Assembly: GCF_046119375.1 (NCBI RefSeq) | Contig: NW_027362767.1 | Location: 421,166,001-421,230,000, forward strand | Length of the DNA: 64,000 nt | Direction: 5' to 3' | Source: Phyllobates terribilis | Taxonomy: Eukaryota | Shown: in pieces, positions 1 to 12,000 of the stretch | How positions within the stretch are numbered: the stretch's first letter is position 1 | How the letters are laid out: each line of letters begins with the position of its first letter | Program-made: the position numbers and the translations under genes | Notes under the pieces: model-generated | Seen by the model: the letters and a program-made list of their open reading frames with translations, nothing else | The model's database searches: none | Told to the model about the DNA's origin: nothing

Positions 1-85
1 CCGAGGATAGGTCATCAATATCATAGTCCTGGACCATCCCTTTAAGAAATTAAAGAGACAAACATGTGACAGAAGCTTTCCTCAC

Positions 86-3000
86 CTCTTCCATAGGCAG
101 AGGGGTAAACCCTTCCCCCAGTGCGGCCAGTGTGAATCTCACCCCGTTCCACACTTTGTTGCAGAAATGTCGCACAGCGAGAACCGAAGCGACGTCCAAA
201 TTAATGTCGTCACCTGGAAGCATAAAGGAGTATACGGCGTCTCATCTCAGGAAAATGGCAGAGACATAGACCGAAGCGTTGTTATATAATGGCAAAAAAG
301 TGTATGACAAAGCCACATGATCAAACCAAGCTGCAGTACCAGACACAGCCACATGATCAAACCAAGCTGCAGTACCAGACACAGCCACATGATCAAACCA
401 AGCTGCAGTACCAGACACAGCCACGTGATCAAACCAAGCTGCAGTACCAGACACAGCCACGTGATCAAACCAAGCTGCAATACCAGACACAGCCACGTGT
501 TCAAACCAAGCTGCAGTACCAGACACAGCCACGTGATCAAACCAAGCTGCAGTACCAGACACAGCCACATGATCAAACCAAGCTGCAGTACCAGACACAG
601 CCACATGATCAGGCCAAGCTCCAGTACCAGACACAGTCACATGATCAAACCAAGCTGCAATACCAGACACAGCCACATGATCAAACCAAGCTGCAGTACC
701 AGACACAGCCACATGATCAAACCAAGCTGCAGTATCAGACACAGCCACATGATCAAACCAAGCTGCAGTACCAGACACAGCCACATGATCAAACCAAGCT
801 GCAGTACCAGACACAGCCACATGATCAAACCAAGCTGCAGTACCAGACACAGCCACATTATCAAACCAAGTTGCAGTACCAGACACAACCACATGATCAA
901 ACCAAGCTGCAGTACCAGACACAGCCATGTGATCAAACCAAGCTGCAGTACCAGACACAGCCACATGATCAAACCAAGCTGCAGTACCAGACACAGCCAC
1001 ATGATCAAACCAAGCTGTAGTACCAGACACAGCCATATGATCAGGCCAAGCTTCAGTACCAGACACAGTCACATGATCAGGCCAAGCTGCAGTACCATAC
1101 ACAGCCACGGGAAAAAGGGGGGCGCTGTTTCAAGAAAAAAAAAAAAAGCGCCATCTCTAGCCCCATAGCTCTCCTTTCGGGATCATCAAGGCAGGTGAAA
1201 GGAGATTGAGCCTCACCTTGTACTCGATGAGAGCAGAGGGCAAATCTCAGGGCATCGGTGCCGCACTCCGGGATCCCATGGGGGTAATCCTTTACCTGGG
1301 AAAGGAATCAGACAAGAAATGATGAGGATGGTTAATGGGTCTTATAAACAGAAGGCGTATCATCTCAGTCCTGCCATCTGGCATCAGGGTTACAGGGACG
1401 GCAAAAGGGGCAAATGTCCAATAGGCCTCCACCACAGTGGGCCTCCACCGCAGGGATCTCCACAGCTAGGGCCTCCACCGCAGGGAGTCTCCACGGCAGG
1501 GGGGCCTCCACCGCAGGGGGCTTCGGCCCTAGAAGTCAATGATGTTTTACTTGAACCTGAGCAATGTTATCGTCAAACTTTACTGTGGCGTTTTTTTTTT
1601 TCCTGCAGTGTACGGCAGCATTTTAGGCACAATATAGCAGTATCATTTGAGCACTGTATGGTGGTATTATTTGTACATTTCTTAGCACTTTTTTTTAGGG
1701 GGGGGGGGAGGGGAGGTGGGGGTTGCAGAGTATAGAAGTGTGTTGTAATACCATAAAGCTTTTTTGTTTTTGGGCACTGCATGGCGGTATTATTTGTATT
1801 TGTGCCATACACTGCAAAAGCACCAGGAGTGTAATGTTTTTAGGCATCATATAGCTCTATTATTTTAGCGCTGCATAACAGTATCGTTTCACATTTCTGC
1901 AGTGAATGGCAGTATTTTCAGATACACAATGGCTCTATTATTACAGTATGGTATCGCGGTATGGTTTGTAAAATGTATAATAATGTTTTTTGCAGTATTA
2001 TTAGATACAGAATACCTCTATTAATTAGGCACTGAATGGCAGGAATTATTTGCGCCGTTATGGCAGCATTTGTTTCTAATTGGGCACTGTACGGAGGCCG
2101 TACAACACTTTTTTTTGCAACCTATGACACTAGGTACGATATAGCTCTATTATATCTGCACACTGTGTGGCGGTATTATTGGCATTTGTTATTTGTAGCG
2201 TATGGCAGTGTTTTCAGATACAATATAGTTTTATTATTTGGGCACTATATGGCGATATTATTTGTACATTGCATAGCACTGTGGTTTTTTTTTTGGTGAT
2301 ATTATTTGCGCATTTGATATCATTATTATTTCTAGGTTTTAGTCTTTGTTCCCCATTCACAAATGCATTTACCAAGTCTAAATAAACCCGTCCCATCTTA
2401 CCAGTCCGGACTCTGCTACTTTTAACTCTCGTGAGTCCAAATTTCCCTCCTTCAACTTTTCCTGCAGGTTCTGTGAAGATAAAATGAAGAACAATAATGA
2501 AGAGGTCTAGAAGTCCGATACAATTTGTGCACGCTGGAGCAGAAGTGTTTCAGGACAGAAACAAATGCAAAAGTCCGAGAGGTCCACACTTTGCTCTGCA
2601 CTGACGTTCTAAAATGTCACTGCAGAGTACAGCAGCTACACTGAATAGTGCAGCAGCGTGAGCGGGGAGACAACTGTCAGACACAGCCGAGCTTCCCAAA
2701 GAGAGGACAGAGATGGATTATAACCATCTCTGCCTTCCTCATCACTCTATACACAGTACAGAACAAGTGCCATGTATGCAGTATAAGAGGTGCTGTCTGC
2801 ATTTCCTCCTCCAAACTCAGCTGTCAAGGTAATCACAGGAGAGAGCAGGACCTGCTTGGTCCTTATAGACCCAGTCAGCTCCGCTGTGCAGCTAGGAAGC
2901 TACATTTCCCCTGTAACTAGGGCTAATGTACCAGCCCCAGTCACAGGGGAAAATGAAAAATAAATAATGTATTGATTATTTTAAAATGCCATAGTCAGTG

Positions 3001-6000
3001 ATACAAGACCGCTGTAGCAGGTTGTTCCATCAAGCGGAGGTACTAGGGAGCAGCACTCACCTCCAGGGAAATTCCGGTCATCACATCGAGAGGATCAAGA
3101 ACATTTCCTAGAGATTTGCTCATCTTCCGCCCGTGGGCATCTCGGACCATGGAGTGCAGGAACACCTGATGGGAAAGTGACCAGAGAGCAGCCAACGATA
3201 TGGATCACAAATCGCCAGAGGCAATGCTCAGGAGGCGAAGAATTAAAGGGGTTGTATGAGATTAAGTGAAATAATAGGGAGCATGACGCAGGATCGGGAG
3301 CTCACCCCGCACAGGGCAGGTGGCAGCCGAGGGCCGTGTCTGGGACTGCAGCTCAGCCCTAAATGGACAGAGGATCCAGAAACACAGAAACTAAGACGTG
3401 AGTATAAAAAAAATATATATATATTACAAAATCTCCCATTGGTCACAATGAGCTCACTGATGGATTCTCAGTTAGCCCATTCAGCAGCCAGCAATGGAAA
3501 GGAGGGGTACCGGAGGCAAACGGAGCTAAACATTTAATGACCCAATTGTAAAAATGATTTTTTTAACCAAAAGTATTTAAGAAAAAAAAAATTACTCTGA
3601 AAGGATGGACAATTTTTATAGTTGTAAAATCGCCTTAAAAGGCTTTTACACTTTCTATAGTTCTCTTTAGTTAGAAGCTACGGGGTCCAAGATCCCCACT
3701 GATCAGCAGAGATCTATGGAAATCACAACAGTTAGTGATGAACGTCCCTGCAGCTCCCCCGCAGGGGGAGTGAAGTATTACACAGTGACCAAGTAATGCT
3801 TAGACATGCCGGGTCCTCCAGAATGAAATGGACCCCCAAAGCGGGTTTAACAAAATGGGTTCTGAACGGTGGACACCCCCTTTGTTATCGAGGTACCTCT
3901 TTGAATGGTAACTGGCCTGTGAGCTGCTCTCCTAACATCACCATCCGGGCCACCCAGAAGAACAGGAGGTCACTGCCCGTCTCCAGGAGGGAGTTGGGGT
4001 AAAAGTCCTCAAGATCTTTAGTCTGCAGGGAAGAGACAAAGAGTAAAGTGAATGTCCGTCCTCCTTGCGAGGACGTGGATTTAACCCCCTCCAAAAAAAA
4101 CATAAACAGTAATAAACCCAAACCAAAGACATTGTAAGAAAAAGAAAAAAGGGGAAAATAAATAAGTTACGGCTTTTGGAAGAAGAGGAGGAAAAAAACA
4201 AAACCCAAATCAGTTCCTGCAGGTAGAGGAAATCAGTGCGACAGATGCTTGCAGCTGCCACTAGAGGGAGCTCAAGAGTTTCATACAGGCATTGTACTCT
4301 GCAATATCTCAGTATGCAGTGAGCTCCCCCTGGTGGCGACTGCAGGAAGCCAGAATGTCATGATATCAATCAGCGAAGGGAGATTAGTAATAAATCTTAG
4401 ATGTAATCCAGACTATAATGAGAAGGCACGCAGAACTCACCCGCTCCGGCCATCCCAGCATAGCAAATGGAAAAAGAGCCGATGAAAACCAAGTATCCAG
4501 AACGTCTTCATCTACATGGGAAAAGATCTATACAGTCACACTGCTTTATCCAACATCACAGGATAGGACATGTGCCGGATTAGCAGATATTCTGGATTAT
4601 TGGGCCGTTCTATAAAACTCATTAAGTCCTCACCTCTTCTAAGGATGACCTCGCACGCCGGTTTTCCTAATACGTTGGCGGCTTTCTTCCTGGCTTCTGA
4701 TTCGCTGTGAGCAGCTACCCAGAATCCTTCGCTTTCGTCCTTATTATCCTGTGGCGCACACGACAGGGGGTCAGCGACGAGCCGGTCTCTGATATACAGA
4801 CCGCACCGTTATACCGGAGGTCACTAACCTGGAGAAACACGAGATAAGCGGGAATCTGATGCCCCCACCACAGCTGCCGCGAGATGCACCAGTCGCTGGA
4901 ATAGGAGGATGTCCCAAAAACAGAACAAAGACACATTTATTAATAGGAATTGGTTCATTTTTCAAAATAGGGCATAACACCGACCATCAGTAATTGCATC
5001 ATTCTCTGAGAGCAGCCTGCAGTGTAAAGCATGGAGGTTTACATCACAGTCATGGTTACAGGATGCATGGCAATCCAGGGACATGCGTCCTCTAGTCCAG
5101 AGGCTTGTCAACTGTTCTAGCACTACAACTCCCAGCCTGACCTGAGATGCTAGAGGATATAGTTTTAGCCACTTTTCTGCTTGGCTGTGAAACTACAACT
5201 CCCAGCATGCCCCGATATGAGCCTACCTGATATTCGAGAGCCAGTTCTTCCAGTTTTTCTGGTGATAGGACGGCGTGATCTTCATCTGTCCCGACTCCAC
5301 GGCCTTGAGATAATATCACAACGGTCATATGAGAAGACACGGAGGGCGATGGGGAGGGACAGGATAATGTACATAACAGGTCCTACCCTTAGAGCTTTCT
5401 GGGCCATTTCCTCACAGTTCACAAACCACTGGCGCTTCAGTAAGTGTTCGATCACATCACCGGAGCGGCTGCAAGACACAAAGAAATGGGATAAAAGCTG
5501 CTTTACGGACTTATATGTTGTTCCTGCTGCCACCACCAGATGGAGCTCCCTGCACAGGGTTCCATTACAGTGAACATCTGTGATCAGTGAGCTCCCTCTA
5601 GTGGTGGCTGCAGGAATAGAATTGTATCATTGATCTCTTATAGGTGACAATTTGGCATTTGATAAAGAAAAAAAATAATCTGTATTTCTGAAGTCATTAA
5701 AATAAGGGTTTTATTATAAGATGAAATGGGAATCAATAACTCAGAAACTTAAGAAACCCATAGAGAAAATTCATCCATTAATATCCCTGATTGCAAGACT
5801 TAATGTCTGGGGTCTGAATTTCCTTATGATCTGACATCTTAGGTCGCCGTCTGGGTCTGACGTCAGCAGTTTGACTTCATTGTGGGGCTCTGACATTTGA
5901 GGTCCAGTTTAATTTCACAGCTTGGGTTCTAAATTAATTGTGCCGGGTCTCGAAAATTACTTTTTTTTTTTTCCTTCTCTTCTTCGCAAAGTATTAATTT

Positions 6001-9000
6001 GTAGGTCTCATAGTGTCTCCCCACTCAGAAAGTTTGTAAAGTTTGCTGTAATCTGCTGATGTGCCACCAGATGGCGCTGGTTGTAGTCAGTCATCGCCAC
6101 CTGGTGGCTGCACGGAGAACTACATCTGGATTGCGGATGTTCTTACCTACAGACGGGCAGCAGCATCGAATGCTCACGGTCTCCTCTATAAAGTCCTTTC
6201 TCCTTCAGTGCGGCCACAACCTGCTCCCGGGCGTCAAATCTTTTCACGCCCTGTAAGAATCCACTGACACACTGTAACGCTGACCGATACGAGAGAAGGG
6301 GAGGATAGATAGATGATCAGACCTGTATCCAATCCCCGCAGGCTTCCGTCATGGATCCGTCTTCCCCGATCACAGAAATCGATGGGAGCGCCAGGTCTTG
6401 TGCCATCTCGAAGTCCACCGGGCTGTGAGCGGGGGTCACCTTCACGGCTCCTACAAGAAAACATTGGCAGCGAGGATCACACTGCCACCTAGTGAGTCAT
6501 AGCTGTAACCACAGTGTGGAGCTGTACTGACCGGTGCCAAACTCCGGGTTCACCAGCCGATGGGCGACAACTGGAAGCAGACGGCCGGAGAAAGGGTGAC
6601 GGAGGCTTTTGCCGTGGAGGCTCTAAGAAAGAACGAGTCCAAGGTCAGTCACCTCCACGACATGCGGAGTGTCACCCAATCCCCCTCTGCCATGTACCAA
6701 TGTGTCCAGCAGCCACCACTAGGGGGAGCTCACTGCTGTCAGAGGCGGGCGCTGGATGTATCACACAGTCGGCACCGGCCCCATTACAGGACAGCAGGGA
6801 GTCCCGAGTCTGATACTCTGTGCGATTCCTCCTCACACTCACCAGGTACCGGGGGTCGTCCGGATGGACCGCCACGGCTGTGTCCCCCAGCAAGGTCTCC
6901 GGACGTGTGGTGGCCACAAGGATTTCACCATCTGCAAAGCAAGGAAGGCAGCTGAGTGATGGGGAGGCCGTTCTGAAGGGGGCGCCATCGGCTAAAGGAT
7001 CTACCTTCTTCTTCTGTGGGGTAAGCGAAGCTGAACAGGAGGCCGAAGGCGACTTTCTTCTCGTAGCCGGGAACAGTCAGGAAGGTTTTACCATCCAGCT
7101 GCCGACTCTCCACCTGTGGAAAGAGAACACTATGTGCGGTGTATGGTGAGAGCAGAGACGGACAATGAAGTCCACATCGAGAGGCGGCGGACAGGACGGT
7201 CTACGTCTCCTCTACATATCAAGAGGCGGTGGACGGGACGGTCCACGTCTCCTCTACACATCTAGAGGCGGCGGACAGGACGGTCTACGTCTCCTCTACA
7301 TATCAAGAGGCGGTGGACGGGACGGTCCACGTCTCCTCTACACATCTAGAGGCGGCGGACAGGACGGTCCACGTCTCCTCTACATATCGAGAGGCGGCGG
7401 ACAGGACGGTCCTCGTCTCCTCTACATATCGAGAGGCGGCGGACAGGACGGTCCACGTCTCCTCTACATATCAAGAGGCGGTGGACGGGACGGTCCACGT
7501 CTCCTCTACACATCTAGAGGCGGCGGACAGGACGGTCCACGTCTCCTCTACATATCGAGAGGCGGCGGACAGGACGGTCCTCGTCTCCTCTACATATCGA
7601 GAGGCGGCGGACAGGACGGTCCACGTCTCCTCTACATATCGAGAGGCGGCGGACAGGACGGTCTACGTCTCCTCTACATATCAAGAGGCGGTGGACGGGA
7701 CGGTCCACGTCTCCTCTACACATCTAGAGGCGGCGGACAGGACGGTCCACGTCTCCTCTACATATCGAGAGGCGGCAGACAGAACGGTCCTCGTCTCCTC
7801 TACATATCGAGAGGCGGCGGACAGGACGGTCCACGTCTCCTCTACATATCGAGAGGCGGCGGACAGGACGGTCCTCGTCTCCTCTACATATCGAGAGGCG
7901 GCGGACGGGACGGTCCACGTCTCCTCTACATATCGAGAGGCGGCGGACAGGACGGTCCACGTCTCCTCTACAGATCGAGAGGCGGCGGACGGGACGGTCC
8001 ACGTCTCCTCTACCTACCGAGAGGCGGCGGACAGGACGGTCCTCGTCTCCTCTACATATCGAGAGGCGGCGGACGGGACGGTCCACGTCTCCTCTACGTA
8101 TCGAGAGGCGGCGGACGGGACGGTCCACGACTCCTCTACATATCGAGAGGCGGCGGACGGGACGGTCCACAACTCCTCTACATATCGTGAGGCGGCGGAC
8201 GGGACGTTCCACAACTCCTCTACATATCGAGAGGCGGCGGACAGGACGGTCCACGTCTCCTCTACCTATCGAGAGGCGGCGGACGGGACGGTCCACGTCT
8301 CCTCTACCTACCGAGAGGCGGCGGACGGGACGGTCCACGTCTCCTCTACCTACCAAGAGGGGGCGGACGGGACGGTCCACATCTCCTCTACATATCGAGA
8401 GGCGGCGGACAGGACGGTCCACGTCTCCTCTACATATCAAGAGGTGGCGGACAGGACGGTCCACGTCTCCTCTACATATCAAGAGGTGGCGGACAGGACG
8501 GTCCACGTCTCCTCTACATATCGAGAGGCGGCGGACGGGACGGTCCACGTCTCTCCTCCATGACAAGGGGTGGTGGATGATAAATGCCTCCCCTCTATAT
8601 CAGAGGCGGCGGACGATCCACCACTTACCTCCCTATCAGAGGTGGTGGTCGGACGGCCATGTCTTACCTCAATATCAGAGGTGGAGGTCGGACGGCCATG
8701 TCTTATCTCCCTTTCAGAGGCGACGGTCAGACGGCCATGTCTTACCTCAATATCAGAGGTGGTGGTCGGACGGCCATGTCTTACCTCCCTTTCAGAGGTG
8801 GCGGTCGGACGGCCATGTCTTACCTCAATATCAGAGATGGCGGATCGGAGGGCACAGGACCAGTTCACAAGACGATGGCGGCGACGAACCAAACCGCTCT
8901 CATAGAGGTGGATGAAGGCTTCAGACACGGCACAAGAGAAACGCTGGAGAAGAAAGGAAGAGAATCAGGACTAGGAGAGGCGGCAATGATTACGGGGGAG

Positions 9001-12000
9001 GATGAGACTGTACTGCACCACGGAATAGGAAGGCTCTATAGAAATCAGTGCAATTCTATAGAAAGGCCCCTGGCGATCGGGACGTTCCAAGAATCTGTCC
9101 GGTGCCACAATAGTCCCACGTGCCGGATCTTGTCACCTAAGTGATGTTCTGAGAGATTCACAGCGACATTTCAATAGTTACACAGCAGCGATCAGAGCTC
9201 AGGTGCCGGCTGTATGACGCGGCCGGCCGGTACGGGGAGGGATCAGCGATGTCGCCATATAACGGGGTCTCACCTCGTCCATAGTGAAGCAGGAGCGGTC
9301 CCAGTCCAGAGACGCCCCCAGGGACCGCAGCTGGTGATAGATCCTGTCCCCTTTACTGCAGGAAGGAAGAAGGTCACAAAGTCAGAGACCCCGAGGCTCT
9401 GGCCGCGACCAGGACTGATTGCATCTCTTACCTCTCCGTCCATTGCCACACGGCCCTGAGAAACTCCTCCCGACCCAAATCGTGGCGAGAGACGCCGCCT
9501 TCTTTATACAGGTTCTTCTCCACCACGGTCTATGACGGGGAAACAGCAGCGAGTCAGCACAGACCCTGCGGTGGGACTACACCGCCCAGCATGTGGTCTC
9601 CTGCATTACTGCACTGTATACCTGTGCAGGATGGCAAAAACCCATCGCCAGCAGCCTGGTAACGGCGGCACAAGCCCCAGTCACATTCATGGGATGCGGA
9701 TTTTACAAGGATTTAGCCTTGGCATCAGTGATAAAATCCGCCTGAAATCTGATCATTTCCTTTAGATCCAGTGCCGTACCTGAGTGGCGATCCCCGCGTG
9801 ATCGGATCCAGGCACCCACAGCACCTTCTCCCCTAGCATCCTCCTCCTGACCAAGAAGAAAGCAGAGACACACAGGACCGTGATGCCACTTCATTCTGCT
9901 CTGATCGCTGCTGAATTAAAGAGGTTGTGCGGGATTCGAAAAAAAAAAAAAAGGGGTCTGCAATTTGTTTTCCTCCCAGAAACAGCTCCACACCAGCATA
10001 CAGGCCGGGTCTGGTATTACACAAAGGTATCACTTGAATGGGGATGAGCTGCAATACCGGTGTGAGGAAAGAATCCGCTGTGGCTCGACTTCTGCTTGTG
10101 ACAGGGCAGCTTTTCCACTGTCAGTTCATGACCACTGCTGTGTAGAGGGGACTGGCTGGCTGCTCTTTTCAATAGCTAAGCCAACCTCCTCCTAGGTCTA
10201 TATGTTGGCTGTGACAGTGCTGGCTGTGCTATGGAAATAAGCAGCCGGACGCCTTCACACAGGAAGACACAGGAAACGTTGCCTTTATCTCAAGCAGAAG
10301 CCGGAAGTTCGATAACGGAAATACATTAGAAAGTTGTATCATTTGCTCGTTGAGGCAAATAAGTATAATTGTTTTTTTCTAACTGGAAAATCCCTTTAAC
10401 TCATTGGACGGGGGGGAATTTTCATTTTTGTGGTGTAATTTTTTTTTTTTTTTTTATTTCAGTGGCGAAGGCTTTTTAATTTTTCTTTTTTTTAATGTGC
10501 CGAGCTGCAGCTTTTATTGGAACCATTTTGGGCTACATTTGTTTGGATCCATTAATCCATTTTTTGGGGTGGGTGGGGGGGGGGTATTTACAAGACAACA
10601 ATAGCACCAAGTCTGGCGTTTCCATTTTTAATTTCCCTCTCTTTTCGGTATTTATATCACCATAGGTTAGATTTTTACAAAAGGTGGCGAGACCAAATAT
10701 GGTTATTTCTTTATTTTTGGGGGGGGGGGAATAAACTTTTCAAACTTCCATTTACTTTTTCGCCCCTTCCCAAGAAGTTTGATCCTGTGATTGGTTGATC
10801 ATTTGTTCAATATAGTAAATATAGGCAGCGATGGGGAAAGGGGGGTCTTCATGGCAACCCACTGGCACCCTGAGGTCACATCATGGGGGGCTGATGGGCA
10901 GCGAGGGATAAAAACCCTTTAAATGTTGCAGTCAGAAGTTGACAGTGGCATCTAAGCGGTTACACAGCAGTGATCAGACCTTAGGTCTGTGCAGCTTTTC
11001 AGACGTGACGCTCCTACTCACCAGCGCACCAGACAGTCCTCTATGGCGACGGTGAGAGCGTGGCCCAGGTGGAGGGAGCCGGTGACGTTGGGCGGAGGGA
11101 TGCAGATTGAGAAGGTTTGAGGCCGGGCGTGGGGGAGACGATTCTGTGATGGGAGAAAGGAAAAATAAAATGCATATTTATCACGTTACATCCACATATC
11201 TGTACGTGCTGCGGATTTGGGGTCTTTTTCCCCCCTCTGCAGTTTTCGGTAATTCCCCGTACAGCGATGACGATGGAAAAAGGAGGAGGCAAAAACAAAA
11301 TACAAAGACAGAAAATGGCCGGATCCTGAACGGGTTAATTAGAAAGTGAGAATCTGCAGCTGCGTCTTCCTCTTCTCCCCTTGTTTTCTATTTAGCGCAA
11401 TGCATGGTCTGACAGTAGGGGGCGCTCCTCACTGTAATGGCGGTGCCGCCTCTCACACTTCCTCCTCACCTGGTGCTCCGGCTTGAAGAATCCTTGCTTC
11501 ACCCACCAGGAATACCAGGCGGCCTCCACGTATCGGGGACTGTACGCCACCGGCAGCGGCACACGGGTGTCTAGGCATGAAATATAAGGCATCAACAGAT
11601 AAGACGGCGAGGGCAGCAAGAGCAGGTGGCATATGGTCTACGTACTGCCATACTGTGCCCACACGGTGCCAGACAGGCCACAGATCATCATACACAGCCA
11701 ACATACTGCCATACAGTGCCCACATAGAGCCGCATGGTACCAGATATACCACGTATCATATAGAACCAACATACTGCCATACTGCGCCCACACGGTGCCA
11801 GACAGACCACAGGTCATCATACACAGCCAACATACTGCTATACTGTGCCCACCTAAAGCCAGACAGACCACAGTCATCATACACAGCCAACACACTGCCA
11901 TACAGTGCCCACGCGGTGCCAGACAGACCACAGTCATCATACACAGCCAACATACTGCCATACAGTGCCCACGCGGTGCCAGACAGACCACAGTCATCAT

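Noticed and set aside
242-1168. Long ORFs of 240-290 aa on both strands
   Set aside because: They translate a 36-bp intronic minisatellite whose unit lacks stops in several frames; no splice or domain support.
1420-1525. Pro/Gly-rich ORF segment (GPPPQG repeats, 1319-1735)
   Set aside because: A short GGGCCTCCACCGCAGG tandem repeat in a VARS2 intron on the antisense strand; no exon signals.
7165-8566. 341-, 444- and 280-aa repetitive ORFs
   Set aside because: They come from the 42-bp tandem repeat inside a VARS2 intron.
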